Below, piece after piece: positions 8,706 to 18,929 of a DNA stretch of 45,821 bases; positions within the stretch are counted from its first letter, which is position 1; every line of letters starts with the position of its first letter. The position numbers were made by a program, and so were the translations under genes. The notes beneath the pieces are model-generated. The model was not told the DNA's origin. It worked only from the letters and a program-made list of their open reading frames with translations, and made no database searches. The DNA is from an uncultured Candidatus Saccharibacteria bacterium (GTDB lineage Bacteria > Patescibacteriota > Minisyncoccia > Phycocordibacterales > Phycocordibacteraceae), in assembly GCA_964395025.1 (NCBI GenBank), contig CAYMZP010000001.1, positions 1-45,821 on the forward strand. Reading direction: 5' to 3'.

Positions 8706-8733
8706 ATTATAGCAGATACTCCCACAAACGCAA
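8706..8733 (-). promoter_or_regulatory. Candidate promoter for the helicase (implies a ~230-nt leader)
   Basis: On the minus strand: TTGCGT (8733-8728), 16-nt spacer, TATAAT (8711-8706). Confidence 0.45.
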
Positions 8734-8742
8734 GGGGTGTTA

Positions 8743-9411
8743 CTAAGACGAGCGTAGCGCTTTTTCTATTGCGCCAAACAACGCTCCCGAACCCACATAC
8801 CACATAAGGTGAAGCACAATGGCATAGTAGATACCCCCCGGAACAAAAATAAGGAGGTACGGGAGTATAAAACCACTGACCGCAGCGCATGCGGTAAAGT
8901 ACACGGCCCATACTGGCTTCATAGAAAGAAATAGATGGAAATGAAGTACGGCAAAACCAAATGCAAACCAAGGAACAAGGGTGGTAAACGGTACGCCAAA
9001 CCCTATGAGCATGAGTGCGAGAATGCCGAGTGTTGTTTGCTGGAATACAATGTCTCCTGTTTTAGAAAGGAGGTACCGTTCGTCAATCTGCAAAAAGGCT
9101 TGGTCCGGATAGAGTGCAGATAGGCGCTTTGCAACCATTCCTTCTTTAATAAGAATGCGGTACGCCCACGGAGTAAGTACGAACAGCACGAACAAGAAAA
9201 AGGTAACGGTGAGTATAGAGCCGGATGCAAAAAGCACGTGCGCGTACGGGAAGAAAATAAAACCAATAAGCAAGGTCATCACCAAAAAGTAGGTGAAGGT
9301 CAGTGCTGGATTCTTAATGAACGTCAGGTGGAGACGACGATTGAGTACGTAGATAAAACCCAGACGGTTTATAAGTGCGAGTGCACACAAAAAAGCGACT
9401 TGAAATGCCAT
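8743..9411 (-). CDS. Hypothetical polytopic membrane protein
   Basis: 222 aa with about 6 hydrophobic helices. No family recognised. Confidence 0.55.
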   Translation of the reverse strand: MAFQVAFLCALALINRLGFIYVLNRRLHLTFIKNPALTFTYFLVMTLLIGFIFFPYAHVLFASGSILTVTFFLFVLFVLTPWAYRILIKEGMVAKRLSALYPDQAFLQIDERYLLSKTGDIVFQQTTLGILALMLIGFGVPFTTLVPWFAFGFAVLHFHLFLSMKPVWAVYFTACAAVSGFILPYLLIFVPGGIYYAIVLHLMWYVGSGALFGAIEKALRSS

Positions 9412-9433
9412 ACGATATTAGTATACGCCGTGA

Positions 9434-11224
9434 CTAGGCAGAACGTTTTGCTTTTGCGCGCTCGGTTTCCGTAAGGAATTGCTTGCGCAAGCGAACTGAC
9501 TCAGGAGTAATCTCAAGATATTCGTCGTCCTGCATAAGCTCAAGACCACGCTCAATAGTGAGCAGGATAGGCGGAAAGAGATTGATTGCTTCGTCGTTAC
9601 CTGAAGAGCGAACGTTTGACTGGTTCTTCGCCTTCGTTGGATTCACCATCATTTCTTCGCCCTTTGAGGTATTCCCAACCACCATACCTTCATACACCTC
9701 GGTTGCAGGGTTGATGTAGAGCACACCTCGTTCCTGAAGATACCAGAGCGCGTAGCCCAAGGACTTCCCTGTGATCATGGAAATCATAGAGCCTACCTGA
9801 CGCTTCTTAATTTCACCTGCGTACGGCTTGAAACCAATAACGCGCGAAGAGAGAATGCCTTCGCCCTTCGTATCAACCACAAAAACGTTCTTGTATCCAA
9901 GAAGTCCGCGTGTCGGTCCTTCAAATGTAAGGCGAACCGTGTCGTCAGTTTGCACCAAGTTCTGCATTACGAATGCACGGGTACCCAGCTTCTCAATGAT
10001 GGCACCTTGAAACTCGGAAGGGGTATCAATGATGACTTCCTCAAACGGTTCCATCTTCACGCCATTCTCTTCACGGATGATGACCTGTGGCTGAGAAACT
10101 TGCATTTCGTAGCCTGCACGACGCATGTTTTCAAGAAGGATAGCGATGTGAAGTTCTCCGCGTCCAGAAATCTTAAACATATCGGCAGAGGAAAAATCTA
10201 CCTTAAGCCCGACGTTCACTTGCAGTTCGCGCTCAAGATAATCGCGGAGCTGACGCGATGTGACGTACTTCCCTTCTTTACCTGCAAAGGGTGAGTTGTT
10301 CACGAGGAAATTCACCGTGATCGTTGGTTCATCAATCGCAATTGCAGGGAGCGGTGCAACGCTTTCATCAGTCGTGACGGTGTCGCCAATGTAGATATCT
10401 GGAAGTCCGGCAATAAGGACAATGTCTCCCGCCTCTGCCGTATCAGTCTCTACACGCTCAGTACCTTTGAAGGTAAAAATCTTCGTAAGTTTGCCGTTTG
10501 TGGCCGTGCCGTCAGGCTTTTTGAGAATGACATTCTGATTTGCCTGTACCACACCTTCATACACACGAGAAACAGCGATACGTCCAAGGAAATTGTCGTA
10601 GGCAAGATTAAACGCCTGAAGCTTCAGAGGTTTTGCGGTGAGTTCCGGAGAGGATGCTACTGGCACCTTCTCTAGGATTACGTCGAGGAGCGGAGAAAGG
10701 TCCTTGCGCTCATCAGCAAGATTCTTCATCGCGACGCCTTCGCGACCAATGGCATATACCACCGGAAAGTTCGCCTGCTCGTCGTTTGCGCCAAGTTCAA
10801 AGAAAAGTTCTAGGACCTGCTCTTCTGAGCGTGCACAATCTGCCGCCGGCTTATCTATTTTATTGAGGACTACGATAGGCTTGATGCCAAGCTCCAAAGA
10901 CTTCTTAAGTACGAAACGCGTCTGAGGCATGGGGCCTTCCTGCGCATCAACAATAAGGAGTACAGAGTCTATGGAACGAAGCACGCGCTCAACCTCAGAA
11001 CCAAAGTCCGCGTGGCCGGGAGTATCCACGATATTGATTTTCGTACCTTTGTACTCCACTGAGGTGTTCTTGGAGTAAATAGTAATGCCACGCTCCTTTT
11101 CAAGCGTATTTGAGTCCATTGAGGTACCCTCAGCGACCGCGCCAGTCTGCTTCATGATGGCGTCTGTGAGCGTGGTCTTACCGTGGTCCACGTGGGCGAT
11201 AATTGCAATGTTTCTAATCTCCAT
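9434..11224 (-). CDS. typA: Translational GTPase TypA/BipA
   Basis: [19 protein letters not shown] (G1), DTPGHADF (G3), NKID (G4). 596 aa with the BipA C-terminal domain. Confidence 0.95.
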   Translation of the reverse strand: MEIRNIAIIAHVDHGKTTLTDAIMKQTGAVAEGTSMDSNTLEKERGITIYSKNTSVEYKGTKINIVDTPGHADFGSEVERVLRSIDSVLLIVDAQEGPMPQTRFVLKKSLELGIKPIVVLNKIDKPAADCARSEEQVLELFFELGANDEQANFPVVYAIGREGVAMKNLADERKDLSPLLDVILEKVPVASSPELTAKPLKLQAFNLAYDNFLGRIAVSRVYEGVVQANQNVILKKPDGTATNGKLTKIFTFKGTERVETDTAEAGDIVLIAGLPDIYIGDTVTTDESVAPLPAIAIDEPTITVNFLVNNSPFAGKEGKYVTSRQLRDYLERELQVNVGLKVDFSSADMFKISGRGELHIAILLENMRRAGYEMQVSQPQVIIREENGVKMEPFEEVIIDTPSEFQGAIIEKLGTRAFVMQNLVQTDDTVRLTFEGPTRGLLGYKNVFVVDTKGEGILSSRVIGFKPYAGEIKKRQVGSMISMITGKSLGYALWYLQERGVLYINPATEVYEGMVVGNTSKGEEMMVNPTKAKNQSNVRSSGNDEAINLFPPILLTIERGLELMQDDEYLEITPESVRLRKQFLTETERAKAKRSA

Positions 11225-11358
11225 AGGTAAAAGTTATGCGTGTGCGATGCATGCCCCGTAGTAAAACGAGTTCCGACGAGTTTTTACTGCGGGGTTTCTA
11301 ATTTCCATAGGCAAAGAGGCCGCGAGGCCTCTCATATACCACCACGATACGACGAATG

Positions 11359-13158
11359 CTACGCGCCGTCAATCTCTGTGCTGTCACCAACGAGGAAACC
11401 GCCTGCTTGTATTTCCCACAACTTTTTGTACAAGCTCCCTTCGTGACGTACGAGCTCCGCGTGCGTACCGCTGACTGCGATTTCCCCTCCTTCAATTACC
11501 AAGATTCGGTCCATGTGCATGACGGTAGAAAGACGGTGTGCAATTGCAATGACGGTTTTTCCTTTCATCAGATTTTTGAGCGCGTCTTGAATAAGAGATT
11601 CCGACTCCGAGTCAAGTGCTGACGTTGCTTCGTCAAGCACTAAAATGGGTGCGTCTTTCAAAATCGCCCGCGCAATTGCAATACGCTGGCGCTCGCCACC
11701 AGAGAGCTTCACCCCACGCTCCCCAACAAATGTGGCAAACCCATGCGGAGTGCGAGAAATAAAATCCATACAATGTGCTTGGCGTGCTGCCTCCTTCACC
11801 TCTTCATCAGTTGCGTCTCGTCTGCCGTAGCGAATATTTTCCATGAGGGTACGGTGGAACAACACCGGTTCTTGCGGTACGAATGCGATCGCTTCACGCA
11901 CACTATCTTGCGTGACATCTCGTATGTCGGTTCCGTCTATGCGTATTTGTCCTCCCGTAATGTCGTGGAGACGAAGGAGTAGTTTTGTAATGGTCGTTTT
12001 CCCTGCACCTGATGGGCCCACGAGCGCAACCTTTTCCCCTCCCGCAATAGAAAAAGACAAGGACGAGAGTACTGGCTTCCCTTTTGTAAATTCAAAGTCA
12101 ACCTCATGAAAATCTACTCTCCCTTCAGAAACAGAAAGTGTGTGTGCGTTTGGTGCATCAGTAATTTCATGAGGTGTCACTAGGATTTCCACCATTTCAC
12201 CTGCATCAGCAAACGCTTCACTAAAACTACGTACTTCGCGGTTGATGGCATACAACCGTTCAAACGTGGTTAAGAGGTACGACTGAATGAGCACAAAATC
12301 ACCAAGCGTTAAGAGACCTGCTTGCCAGAAATGAAATGCGCCATAGAGCATGCCGATATTGATGCCAAGCATAAGAAGACCAAGCACTCCCCACGCAAAT
12401 TCATCAGCATTCCAAATACGGAGCACGCTCTGGTACCAGCGACCGACCGCGGTACCAAACCGTCCATCTTCATGGTTGGTGCCCGCAAATACCGTAACCG
12501 TGGTGTGATTCCCAATCGCGTCCGCAAGTGCGCCCGTCAGGCGACTGTCCTCTTGTGCGCGCGCAGCACGGAGTGGGTTATTTCTTTTAATCAAAAAGAA
12601 CTGCACCACAAGAAAGACTGCAATCCAGATAGAAAATACAGCGCCAAGCACCCCATTTGCATGCGAGAGCACAATCGCAGCGCCACCAATAAAAAAGGCG
12701 GCGGGAAATAACTGCATCACTGCTGCGTCAAAAATGGTCTCGAACGCCTTTGAATATCGCCCAATGCGACGCGTTAGACTTCCCGCAAACTGATTTGCAA
12801 AGAATAGGTAGGAGTGGCGCAGTAAGTAGGTAAACGCATCTTCATATAAGTCACGCATTACGCGCGCGTCCATATATGTGAGGCACCAAAAATGGAGGCG
12901 TGCCACTACCCAGTTCACTGCAAGCAACATCACAATAATGAAGAGAATGCCTGGTAGTAGCGAAACGTTTGTGCCACTCGTTCCTTGCGCAAGCACATTG
13001 AAAAACTCTCGGAGATAGAGCGGAGAAATGAGCATAATGCTCTGGAACACAATCGCCGTGAGAATGATGCCGATGAGAAGGCGCGGATACTTGAGTGCCG
13101 ACCGTGCGTAGCGAGCGAGTGTTTCTTTTGTATAGAGTGTACGCACTTCTTTTTTCAT
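11359..13158 (-). CDS. ABC transporter, fused permease/ATP-binding (MsbA/multidrug exporter type)
   Basis: N-terminal 6-TM domain, Walker A GPSGAGKTT, signature LSGGERQR, Walker B ILVLDEATSALD. Confidence 0.9.
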   Translation of the reverse strand: MKKEVRTLYTKETLARYARSALKYPRLLIGIILTAIVFQSIMLISPLYLREFFNVLAQGTSGTNVSLLPGILFIIVMLLAVNWVVARLHFWCLTYMDARVMRDLYEDAFTYLLRHSYLFFANQFAGSLTRRIGRYSKAFETIFDAAVMQLFPAAFFIGGAAIVLSHANGVLGAVFSIWIAVFLVVQFFLIKRNNPLRAARAQEDSRLTGALADAIGNHTTVTVFAGTNHEDGRFGTAVGRWYQSVLRIWNADEFAWGVLGLLMLGINIGMLYGAFHFWQAGLLTLGDFVLIQSYLLTTFERLYAINREVRSFSEAFADAGEMVEILVTPHEITDAPNAHTLSVSEGRVDFHEVDFEFTKGKPVLSSLSFSIAGGEKVALVGPSGAGKTTITKLLLRLHDITGGQIRIDGTDIRDVTQDSVREAIAFVPQEPVLFHRTLMENIRYGRRDATDEEVKEAARQAHCMDFISRTPHGFATFVGERGVKLSGGERQRIAIARAILKDAPILVLDEATSALDSESESLIQDALKNLMKGKTVIAIAHRLSTVMHMDRILVIEGGEIAVSGTHAELVRHEGSLYKKLWEIQAGGFLVGDSTEIDGA

Positions 13159-13186
13159 ATGCGTAAGCGTAGCACGTGAAAATTTG

Positions 13187-14260
13187 TTACAGGTAATTTT
13201 TTATATTTGAAAGATGCTCTTGGTATGTGCGTGAACAATGAATACGACCGCGGGAGTCGTGCAGGTAGTACAAACAAGACGTCGGTTCAGGGTCAAGCAC
13301 TGCTTCAATTGACTCGGCAGACGGTGTTGCAATAGGAGCGGGCGGAAGACCTGTCACGTAGTACGTATTGTATGGAGACTCTATGTACTTGTCGTCTGGC
13401 TCTGGTGCGTGCCACCACCCCTCTTCCGGAGAACCCGTTACGTACTGCATTGTTGCGTCTGCCTGTAGCTTCATGCCTTGTGCAAGTCGGTTATGCAAAA
13501 TGCCAGCTACTAACCGTTTATCGGTACGCGAGGACTCTCGCTCCACAATTGATGCAAACGTAAGCACTTCCTTTAGGGAAAGATCACTGAGCGATACTCG
13601 TTCTAGAAATGGGTACAGCATCTCTTCAAACGTAGTGCGCATGCGAGCAGATGCGAGCGCAGGTTCAATATCAGATGGCATAAGGTACGTACCAGACGCA
13701 TACACTCCCTCTTCAAACGCCGGAAGCACCGCGCGTGCGCGTAAGTACTCCTCTTTTGATGCGTCGTTCCATGCAAATTCTTCGGCCAAATGTTCAACCA
13801 CTTCCTCTTTGCGTAATGCTTCTGGGATGACCACCCACGTGAGGTACGGACTCTCAGTCATCGTGCGTACCAACATCCATACGTCAAACGACGGAGCAAC
13901 TTGATATCCACCTTCTCCAATCTTGGGGGCTCCTGAAACCATCAGCGCAAGAACGAACGCGCCAGGGTGCCGTATAAATCCTTCTTTATGAAGCGCTGTG
14001 GCAATTTCTACAGGTGACTCTCCCGGCACCACCACAAACTCGCGAAGCGCCTGGTCGTGCGCATTTCGCGGACCAAAGATAAACGCATACAAGAGCGCGA
14101 GCGCCACTAACGCACCTCCAGCAATGAGAAAACTCTGGAAAAGCCAAGAAGGGGCCGCATCGCGGGACGATGGATTTTTTCTATTAGATACATCACCCAT
14201 AGTATTGTTCAACAGAGTATACCGGGTACTCATAAAACCGAAGTGATGCTGTTCTAACAA
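13187..14260 (-). CDS. mltG: Endolytic murein transglycosylase MltG (YceG-like)
   Basis: N-terminal TM helix. The C-terminal YceG signature is YNTYYVTGLPPAPIATPSAESIEAVLDPE...LYYLHD. The start is uncertain (Met 1, 10 or 21). Confidence 0.85.
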   Translation of the reverse strand: MLEQHHFGFMSTRYTLLNNTMGDVSNRKNPSSRDAAPSWLFQSFLIAGGALVALALLYAFIFGPRNAHDQALREFVVVPGESPVEIATALHKEGFIRHPGAFVLALMVSGAPKIGEGGYQVAPSFDVWMLVRTMTESPYLTWVVIPEALRKEEVVEHLAEEFAWNDASKEEYLRARAVLPAFEEGVYASGTYLMPSDIEPALASARMRTTFEEMLYPFLERVSLSDLSLKEVLTFASIVERESSRTDKRLVAGILHNRLAQGMKLQADATMQYVTGSPEEGWWHAPEPDDKYIESPYNTYYVTGLPPAPIATPSAESIEAVLDPEPTSCLYYLHDSRGRIHCSRTYQEHLSNIKNYL

Positions 14261-14280
14261 GCTAGAAAAAAGTTCGGTTC

Positions 14281-15831
14281 GTGTTACTATTCAGACAAAT
14301 GGTTGGTCCTGTTATGTCTCACCTGCGTGCAGTAGTACGCATTCTAGCTCGCCGTGTACACGCACTCTGGCGTCGTTTTAGACGACTATCTCCACGCATG
14401 CAGATACTCACGACAGCGCTCGTCATACTACTGGTGATCGTCTTCTTTGCAGTTGTACGAAACACAGAATCAACAGCGAGTGTGTCAGCAAACCGAACCG
14501 TAACTCTAGAGTCCATAGGAGCACTAGGTGGAGCACACGGAAGTAGTACCGTGCTTGGTACAGTACGTTCAATCACAGAAGCAGAGGTACTGGCTGAAAC
14601 AAGCGGTACCGTTCGAAGTGTGCATACACGTATTGGTGCAGAAGTGCCAAGTGGTTTTATTATTGCTGAACTTGAGAACGCATCTGAGCGTGCAGCAGTA
14701 CTCCAAGCAGAGGGCGCATACGATGCAGCAGTAGCGGCACAGTCTGCGACGTCTCTCACTGATGTACGTACCACGGCAGAAAACGTATACCGAGACGCGT
14801 TCAGCGACTTTGAAAATGTACTTGAGAATGGTGTGGATCTTTTCTTTGGTGGACCAACGGTCTACGGTCCAGACTTACTCATTAACCCAGGAAGTGTTGA
14901 TGGTATATATCTTTCCCAGGAACGCGCCTCCATAGACCGAGCTATGGACCAGTGGCGTAAAGAACTCTCTTCTATTTCAGAACGCGATCCTGCGGTCTTT
15001 TTAACCGAAGCAGAAACACTTGCGCGTACGATTGAGTCGTTTGGAAATACACTTGCGGAAGCGGCGTATAAATCAAATTCGCGTGCAACGACTGAGCAAC
15101 TCGCGGCATTCGCATCAGCACGAAGCACCATAAGCGGAATACTCGCATCACTCACCAATGCACGCACGCTCTACCGAAGTGGCGCAACTACTTCCACCGC
15201 ATCTACTGAAGCAGGCGTAAAGTCTGCACTTGGCACCTTGCGTCTTGCGCAAGCAACGCTTGAAAAAACACTTATACGCGCGCCTATTGGCGGAACCATA
15301 AACTTCCTCCCTATGCGCGTCGGTATGTACGTAACCGGACTCTCACATGTAGCAACTGTCGCACAAAATGGCGCGCTTGAAGTAACGGCGTTTGTATCTG
15401 AAGATGAGCGCGATCTTCTTGCAGTTGATATGCAGGTCTCTCTTGGTGAAGGTGCTACCGGTACCGTGACTTCTATTGCGCCAGCGCTTGACCCAGTAAC
15501 TAAACGCATAGAGGTGCGCATTACAGCTAATGCAGAGAGCGGTATTACCAATGGACAATCGGTACGCGTTGGCATTCCTTCAAGCACTCTAGAAACGGTT
15601 ACCGGCACATTCCTTCTCCCTTTGACTTCTGTAAAACTTCGCGCAAGCGACCGTGTTGTGTTTTCGGTAGATGAACAATCACGGCTCGTGGCGCATGCGG
15701 TCACACTCGGTGAGGTGCGTGGTGACCGCGTGGAAGTACAGACTGACCTTTCACCTCTCCTTCGTATCGTGACAGATGCACGTGGCCTTGCTGAAGGCGA
15801 GACGGTGTCCGTACAAGAGGTACTGCCATGA
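14281..15831 (+). CDS. Efflux RND transporter periplasmic adaptor (HlyD/MFP family)
   Basis: N-terminal TM helix, coiled-coil middle region, RAPIGGTINF beta-barrel motif. ATGA overlap with the RND pump. The start is uncertain (14299, 14314 and 14398 are alternatives). Confidence 0.8.
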   Translation: MLLFRQMVGPVMSHLRAVVRILARRVHALWRRFRRLSPRMQILTTALVILLVIVFFAVVRNTESTASVSANRTVTLESIGALGGAHGSSTVLGTVRSITEAEVLAETSGTVRSVHTRIGAEVPSGFIIAELENASERAAVLQAEGAYDAAVAAQSATSLTDVRTTAENVYRDAFSDFENVLENGVDLFFGGPTVYGPDLLINPGSVDGIYLSQERASIDRAMDQWRKELSSISERDPAVFLTEAETLARTIESFGNTLAEAAYKSNSRATTEQLAAFASARSTISGILASLTNARTLYRSGATTSTASTEAGVKSALGTLRLAQATLEKTLIRAPIGGTINFLPMRVGMYVTGLSHVATVAQNGALEVTAFVSEDERDLLAVDMQVSLGEGATGTVTSIAPALDPVTKRIEVRITANAESGITNGQSVRVGIPSSTLETVTGTFLLPLTSVKLRASDRVVFSVDEQSRLVAHAVTLGEVRGDRVEVQTDLSPLLRIVTDARGLAEGETVSVQEVLP

Positions 15832-18800
15832 CACGGCTATGGAGCTTCTTTCTTAATAAGCACCACTTCACTGTACTAGTGGCGGTGGTACTGTCCCTCG
15901 CCGGCACATACGCAGTGCTTGCTATTCCCAAAGAATCTTCTCCTGAAGTACAAATCCCTGTTGGTATAGTTACAACGATACTTCCTGGCGCTTCTGCAGA
16001 AGACGTAGAGCGACTCGTGACGAATCCTATTGAAGACCGGGTGCTTGGTATTGAACGCGTTTCAAAAGTAACCTCGTCTTCAGGAAATGGTGTCTCGGTT
16101 ATTACCGTTGAGTTTGATGCATCTGCAGACATACCAACCTCTATTGATCTATTGAAAGATGAAGTAGATTCAGCACGACCCGAACTTCCGCAAGAAGCAG
16201 AAGACCCGGTAGTCTCTGATGTCAACTTCGCAGACCAGCCAATTATTCTTGGTTCCGTTGCAGGCAACGTTCAGCCTGCAGAACTTACGGAACTTGCACG
16301 AGAGCTCCAAGATGAGCTTGAGCGCGTACAAGGAGTCTCCTCAGTCTCACTATCTGGTATACGTGCACGTGAAGTTTCAGTGGTTATTGAGCAAACGAAA
16401 CTTGCACAGTACGGTCTCTCTGTTTCTGACGTCACAAACGCCATACGTCTTTCAGGTATCGCATCCCCTATTGGATCTCTCGTCACAAACGACGTGCAAT
16501 ACGCGGTACGACTTGAGGCAGGCATTACGACTACCGACGAAGTGGCGAGTATCGCTCTCCCGAGCAAGGGTACACCGTTATACCTGCGTGACGTTGCTGG
16601 TGTTATAGACGGTCTTGAAGACCCGGTGACGCTTTCTCGCGTCTCAGTAAACGGCACACCTTCCTCCCCGGCACTCACCTTTTCTGTGTTTAAAAGCCGT
16701 GGCGGAAATATTGTTGAAACAGGAGATGCCGTAAAAGAACGGCTCGCGGAGCTTGGCGAAACTACTCTTGCAGGCACAAGTGTTGTTTTTTCATACGATG
16801 CTGCGGACGAGGTGAAACATGACTTAACAAAACTCACACGTGTAGGGCTTGAGACTGTTGCGCTCGTGATGATTATGCTTTTACTCACACTCGGTTGGCG
16901 TGAATCGCTTGCTGCAGCTCTCTCCATCCCTCTTTCATTTCTTATTGCATTCATTGGTCTCTATGCGTCAGGGAACACCATAAACTTCGTCTCACTCTTT
17001 TCTCTTATTCTTGCGATTGGCATATTAGTGGACACGGGCATTGTGGTCGTGGAAGCAATACATACGCGACTTATTGCATACGGGAATAAACGTCAAGCAG
17101 CGCTCGCCACCATTAAAGAGTACGCGTGGCCTCTTACTGCCGGAACGCTCACCACTGTTGCAGTATTTGTACCGCTCTTCTTCCTCTCAGGAATTATGGG
17201 GAAATTTGTGGCGTCTATTCCTTTTACCGTGATTTTCGTTTTGCTCGCATCTATTTTTGTCGCCCTTGCACTCATTCCACTCTTTTCACTGTATATCGTA
17301 CGACCGACGCTCTCTTCTTTTGAAGCACGCCAAGAACGATACAACGAGCGTGCAAAAGAGTGGTATCAAGGCATATTGCGTGGACTGTTGTCTGACAAAA
17401 AAGCACAGAATCGTGTCTTGTGGGCCATGGGATTCCTTTTTATTGTTGCGCTCGCACTTCCTGCAACAGGCGCAGTACAAAGCGTTTTCTTCCCGAACGA
17501 AGATATGGACTTTATCTATGTGGAAGTTGAAAAACCGTATGGCACTGCACTGACCGCTACCGACCTCTCAGTCCGTGAAGTGGAGGAACTCTTGTATACC
17601 GATACAGATATAGAGTCATTCGTGTCTGAAGTAGGAAGTGGTAACGCCTTCTCTGCTTCACCGCGCTCAGGTAGTCATGTGGGGAACGTCACTATAAATT
17701 TGAAGGAAGACCGTAAAGAAACAAGTGCGGAAATTGTCTCGCGTTTACGCGAACAGCTCTCGCGCATACCGTCAGCACGTATCACCGTCTCTGAACCAGC
17801 ATCAGGTCCGCCTTCTGGAGCGCCGTTTGTAGCGACGTTCTTCGGCAACGACCTCGCGCTCCTTGGTCAAACGGTAGACCGTGCTGCACAACTCTTGGAA
17901 GAGACCGGAGGTGCGGTAAACATCAACACCTCCACACGCGATAGTGGTCCAGAGTTTGTGATTGATTTAGATGGCGCAAAAGCTGCAGCGCAAGGTATTT
18001 CACCTGCACTCGTGGCAGAAACACTTCGTACCGCACTTTTTGGTACAACTGCTACAACTATACGTACACCAGAAACCGACATCGACGTCACCGTAAAGTT
18101 AGATTTAAACGCCAGCTACCGTGATCCTTCTGAAACAACACATGCAACCATAGATACGGTACGCACCCTCTTAATCCCCGGCATGGCGGGAAGCGTACCG
18201 CTCTCGACCATTGCAGATATTCGCTTTGAGGCAGCTGAAAGTGCTATTCGACATGAGGATGGAACACGTATTGCCACGCTCACATCCGAAATTACCGGTA
18301 ATCCGATAGCGGTATCAAACGAGTTTGAACGACACATGAACGACATGGGAGTACCCTCAGGCATCACCATGAAGATTGGCGGTGAAACTGAAGACGTCAA
18401 TCGTTCGTTTGCAGAAATGGGTATCGCGCTTCTTGCAGGTGCTGCACTTATGCTTGCTATTCTCGTACTTGAGTTTAATTCCTTCCGCCATGCCCTATAT
18501 CTTCTGCTCACTATCCCCCTTTCCCTTATTGGCGTAATGGTTGGGCTCTTAGTAACAGGACAACCACTTTCTTTCTCGTCCATGCTCGGCGTCATTGCGC
18601 TCGCAGGAGTGATTATCAACCACGCGATTATTCTTATGGATTCAATCGCACGTATAGGAAAAGAGCATAGCGGAACGCTTCAAGATATCGTAATAGAGGC
18701 TTCTGCTTCTCGTTTCCGACCTATCATACTTACCACCGCCACGACCGTTGTGGGTATGATTCCCCTTTCGTTTGCTTCTGCGCTCTGGGGACCACTCGCA

Positions 18801-18929
18801 TTTGCCATTATGTTTGGCCTGGCATTTTCTACCGTCCTCACACTTGTGATGATTCCTATCTTGTACTATCGCTGGCCCGGCAAAGAAGTAAGAGAAACAT
18901 TCCAAGAAAAAACATCCTACGGTTCCTGA
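15828..18929 (+). CDS. RND efflux permease (AcrB/AcrD/AcrF family)
   Basis: 1033 aa with a 12-TM topology and two large extracytoplasmic loops. The N-terminus FFLNKHHFTVLVAVVLSLAGTYA is typical of the ACR_tran family. Confidence 0.9.
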   Translation: MTRLWSFFLNKHHFTVLVAVVLSLAGTYAVLAIPKESSPEVQIPVGIVTTILPGASAEDVERLVTNPIEDRVLGIERVSKVTSSSGNGVSVITVEFDASADIPTSIDLLKDEVDSARPELPQEAEDPVVSDVNFADQPIILGSVAGNVQPAELTELARELQDELERVQGVSSVSLSGIRAREVSVVIEQTKLAQYGLSVSDVTNAIRLSGIASPIGSLVTNDVQYAVRLEAGITTTDEVASIALPSKGTPLYLRDVAGVIDGLEDPVTLSRVSVNGTPSSPALTFSVFKSRGGNIVETGDAVKERLAELGETTLAGTSVVFSYDAADEVKHDLTKLTRVGLETVALVMIMLLLTLGWRESLAAALSIPLSFLIAFIGLYASGNTINFVSLFSLILAIGILVDTGIVVVEAIHTRLIAYGNKRQAALATIKEYAWPLTAGTLTTVAVFVPLFFLSGIMGKFVASIPFTVIFVLLASIFVALALIPLFSLYIVRPTLSSFEARQERYNERAKEWYQGILRGLLSDKKAQNRVLWAMGFLFIVALALPATGAVQSVFFPNEDMDFIYVEVEKPYGTALTATDLSVREVEELLYTDTDIESFVSEVGSGNAFSASPRSGSHVGNVTINLKEDRKETSAEIVSRLREQLSRIPSARITVSEPASGPPSGAPFVATFFGNDLALLGQTVDRAAQLLEETGGAVNINTSTRDSGPEFVIDLDGAKAAAQGISPALVAETLRTALFGTTATTIRTPETDIDVTVKLDLNASYRDPSETTHATIDTVRTLLIPGMAGSVPLSTIADIRFEAAESAIRHEDGTRIATLTSEITGNPIAVSNEFERHMNDMGVPSGITMKIGGETEDVNRSFAEMGIALLAGAALMLAILVLEFNSFRHALYLLLTIPLSLIGVMVGLLVTGQPLSFSSMLGVIALAGVIINHAIILMDSIARIGKEHSGTLQDIVIEASASRFRPIILTTATTVVGMIPLSFASALWGPLAFAIMFGLAFSTVLTLVMIPILYYRWPGKEVRETFQEKTSYGS

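Noticed and set aside
11254-11300. 13-bp hairpin (CCCCGTAGTAAAA...TTTTACTGCGGGG) followed by TTTCTAATTT upstream of typA
   Set aside because: It looks like a plus-strand intrinsic terminator (there is a G-U pair only on the plus strand). No plus-strand gene lies upstream. On the minus strand it falls in the typA leader, right after the ABC-transporter terminator (11322-11339). Its role cannot be assigned from sequence, so it was not called.
15171-16954. Antisense ORFs inside the MFP/RND genes (15171..15704, 15701..16267, 16271..16954, 18116..18619)
   Set aside because: They lie opposite clearly homologous efflux genes and have Ser/Arg/Thr-rich composition typical of shadow frames.
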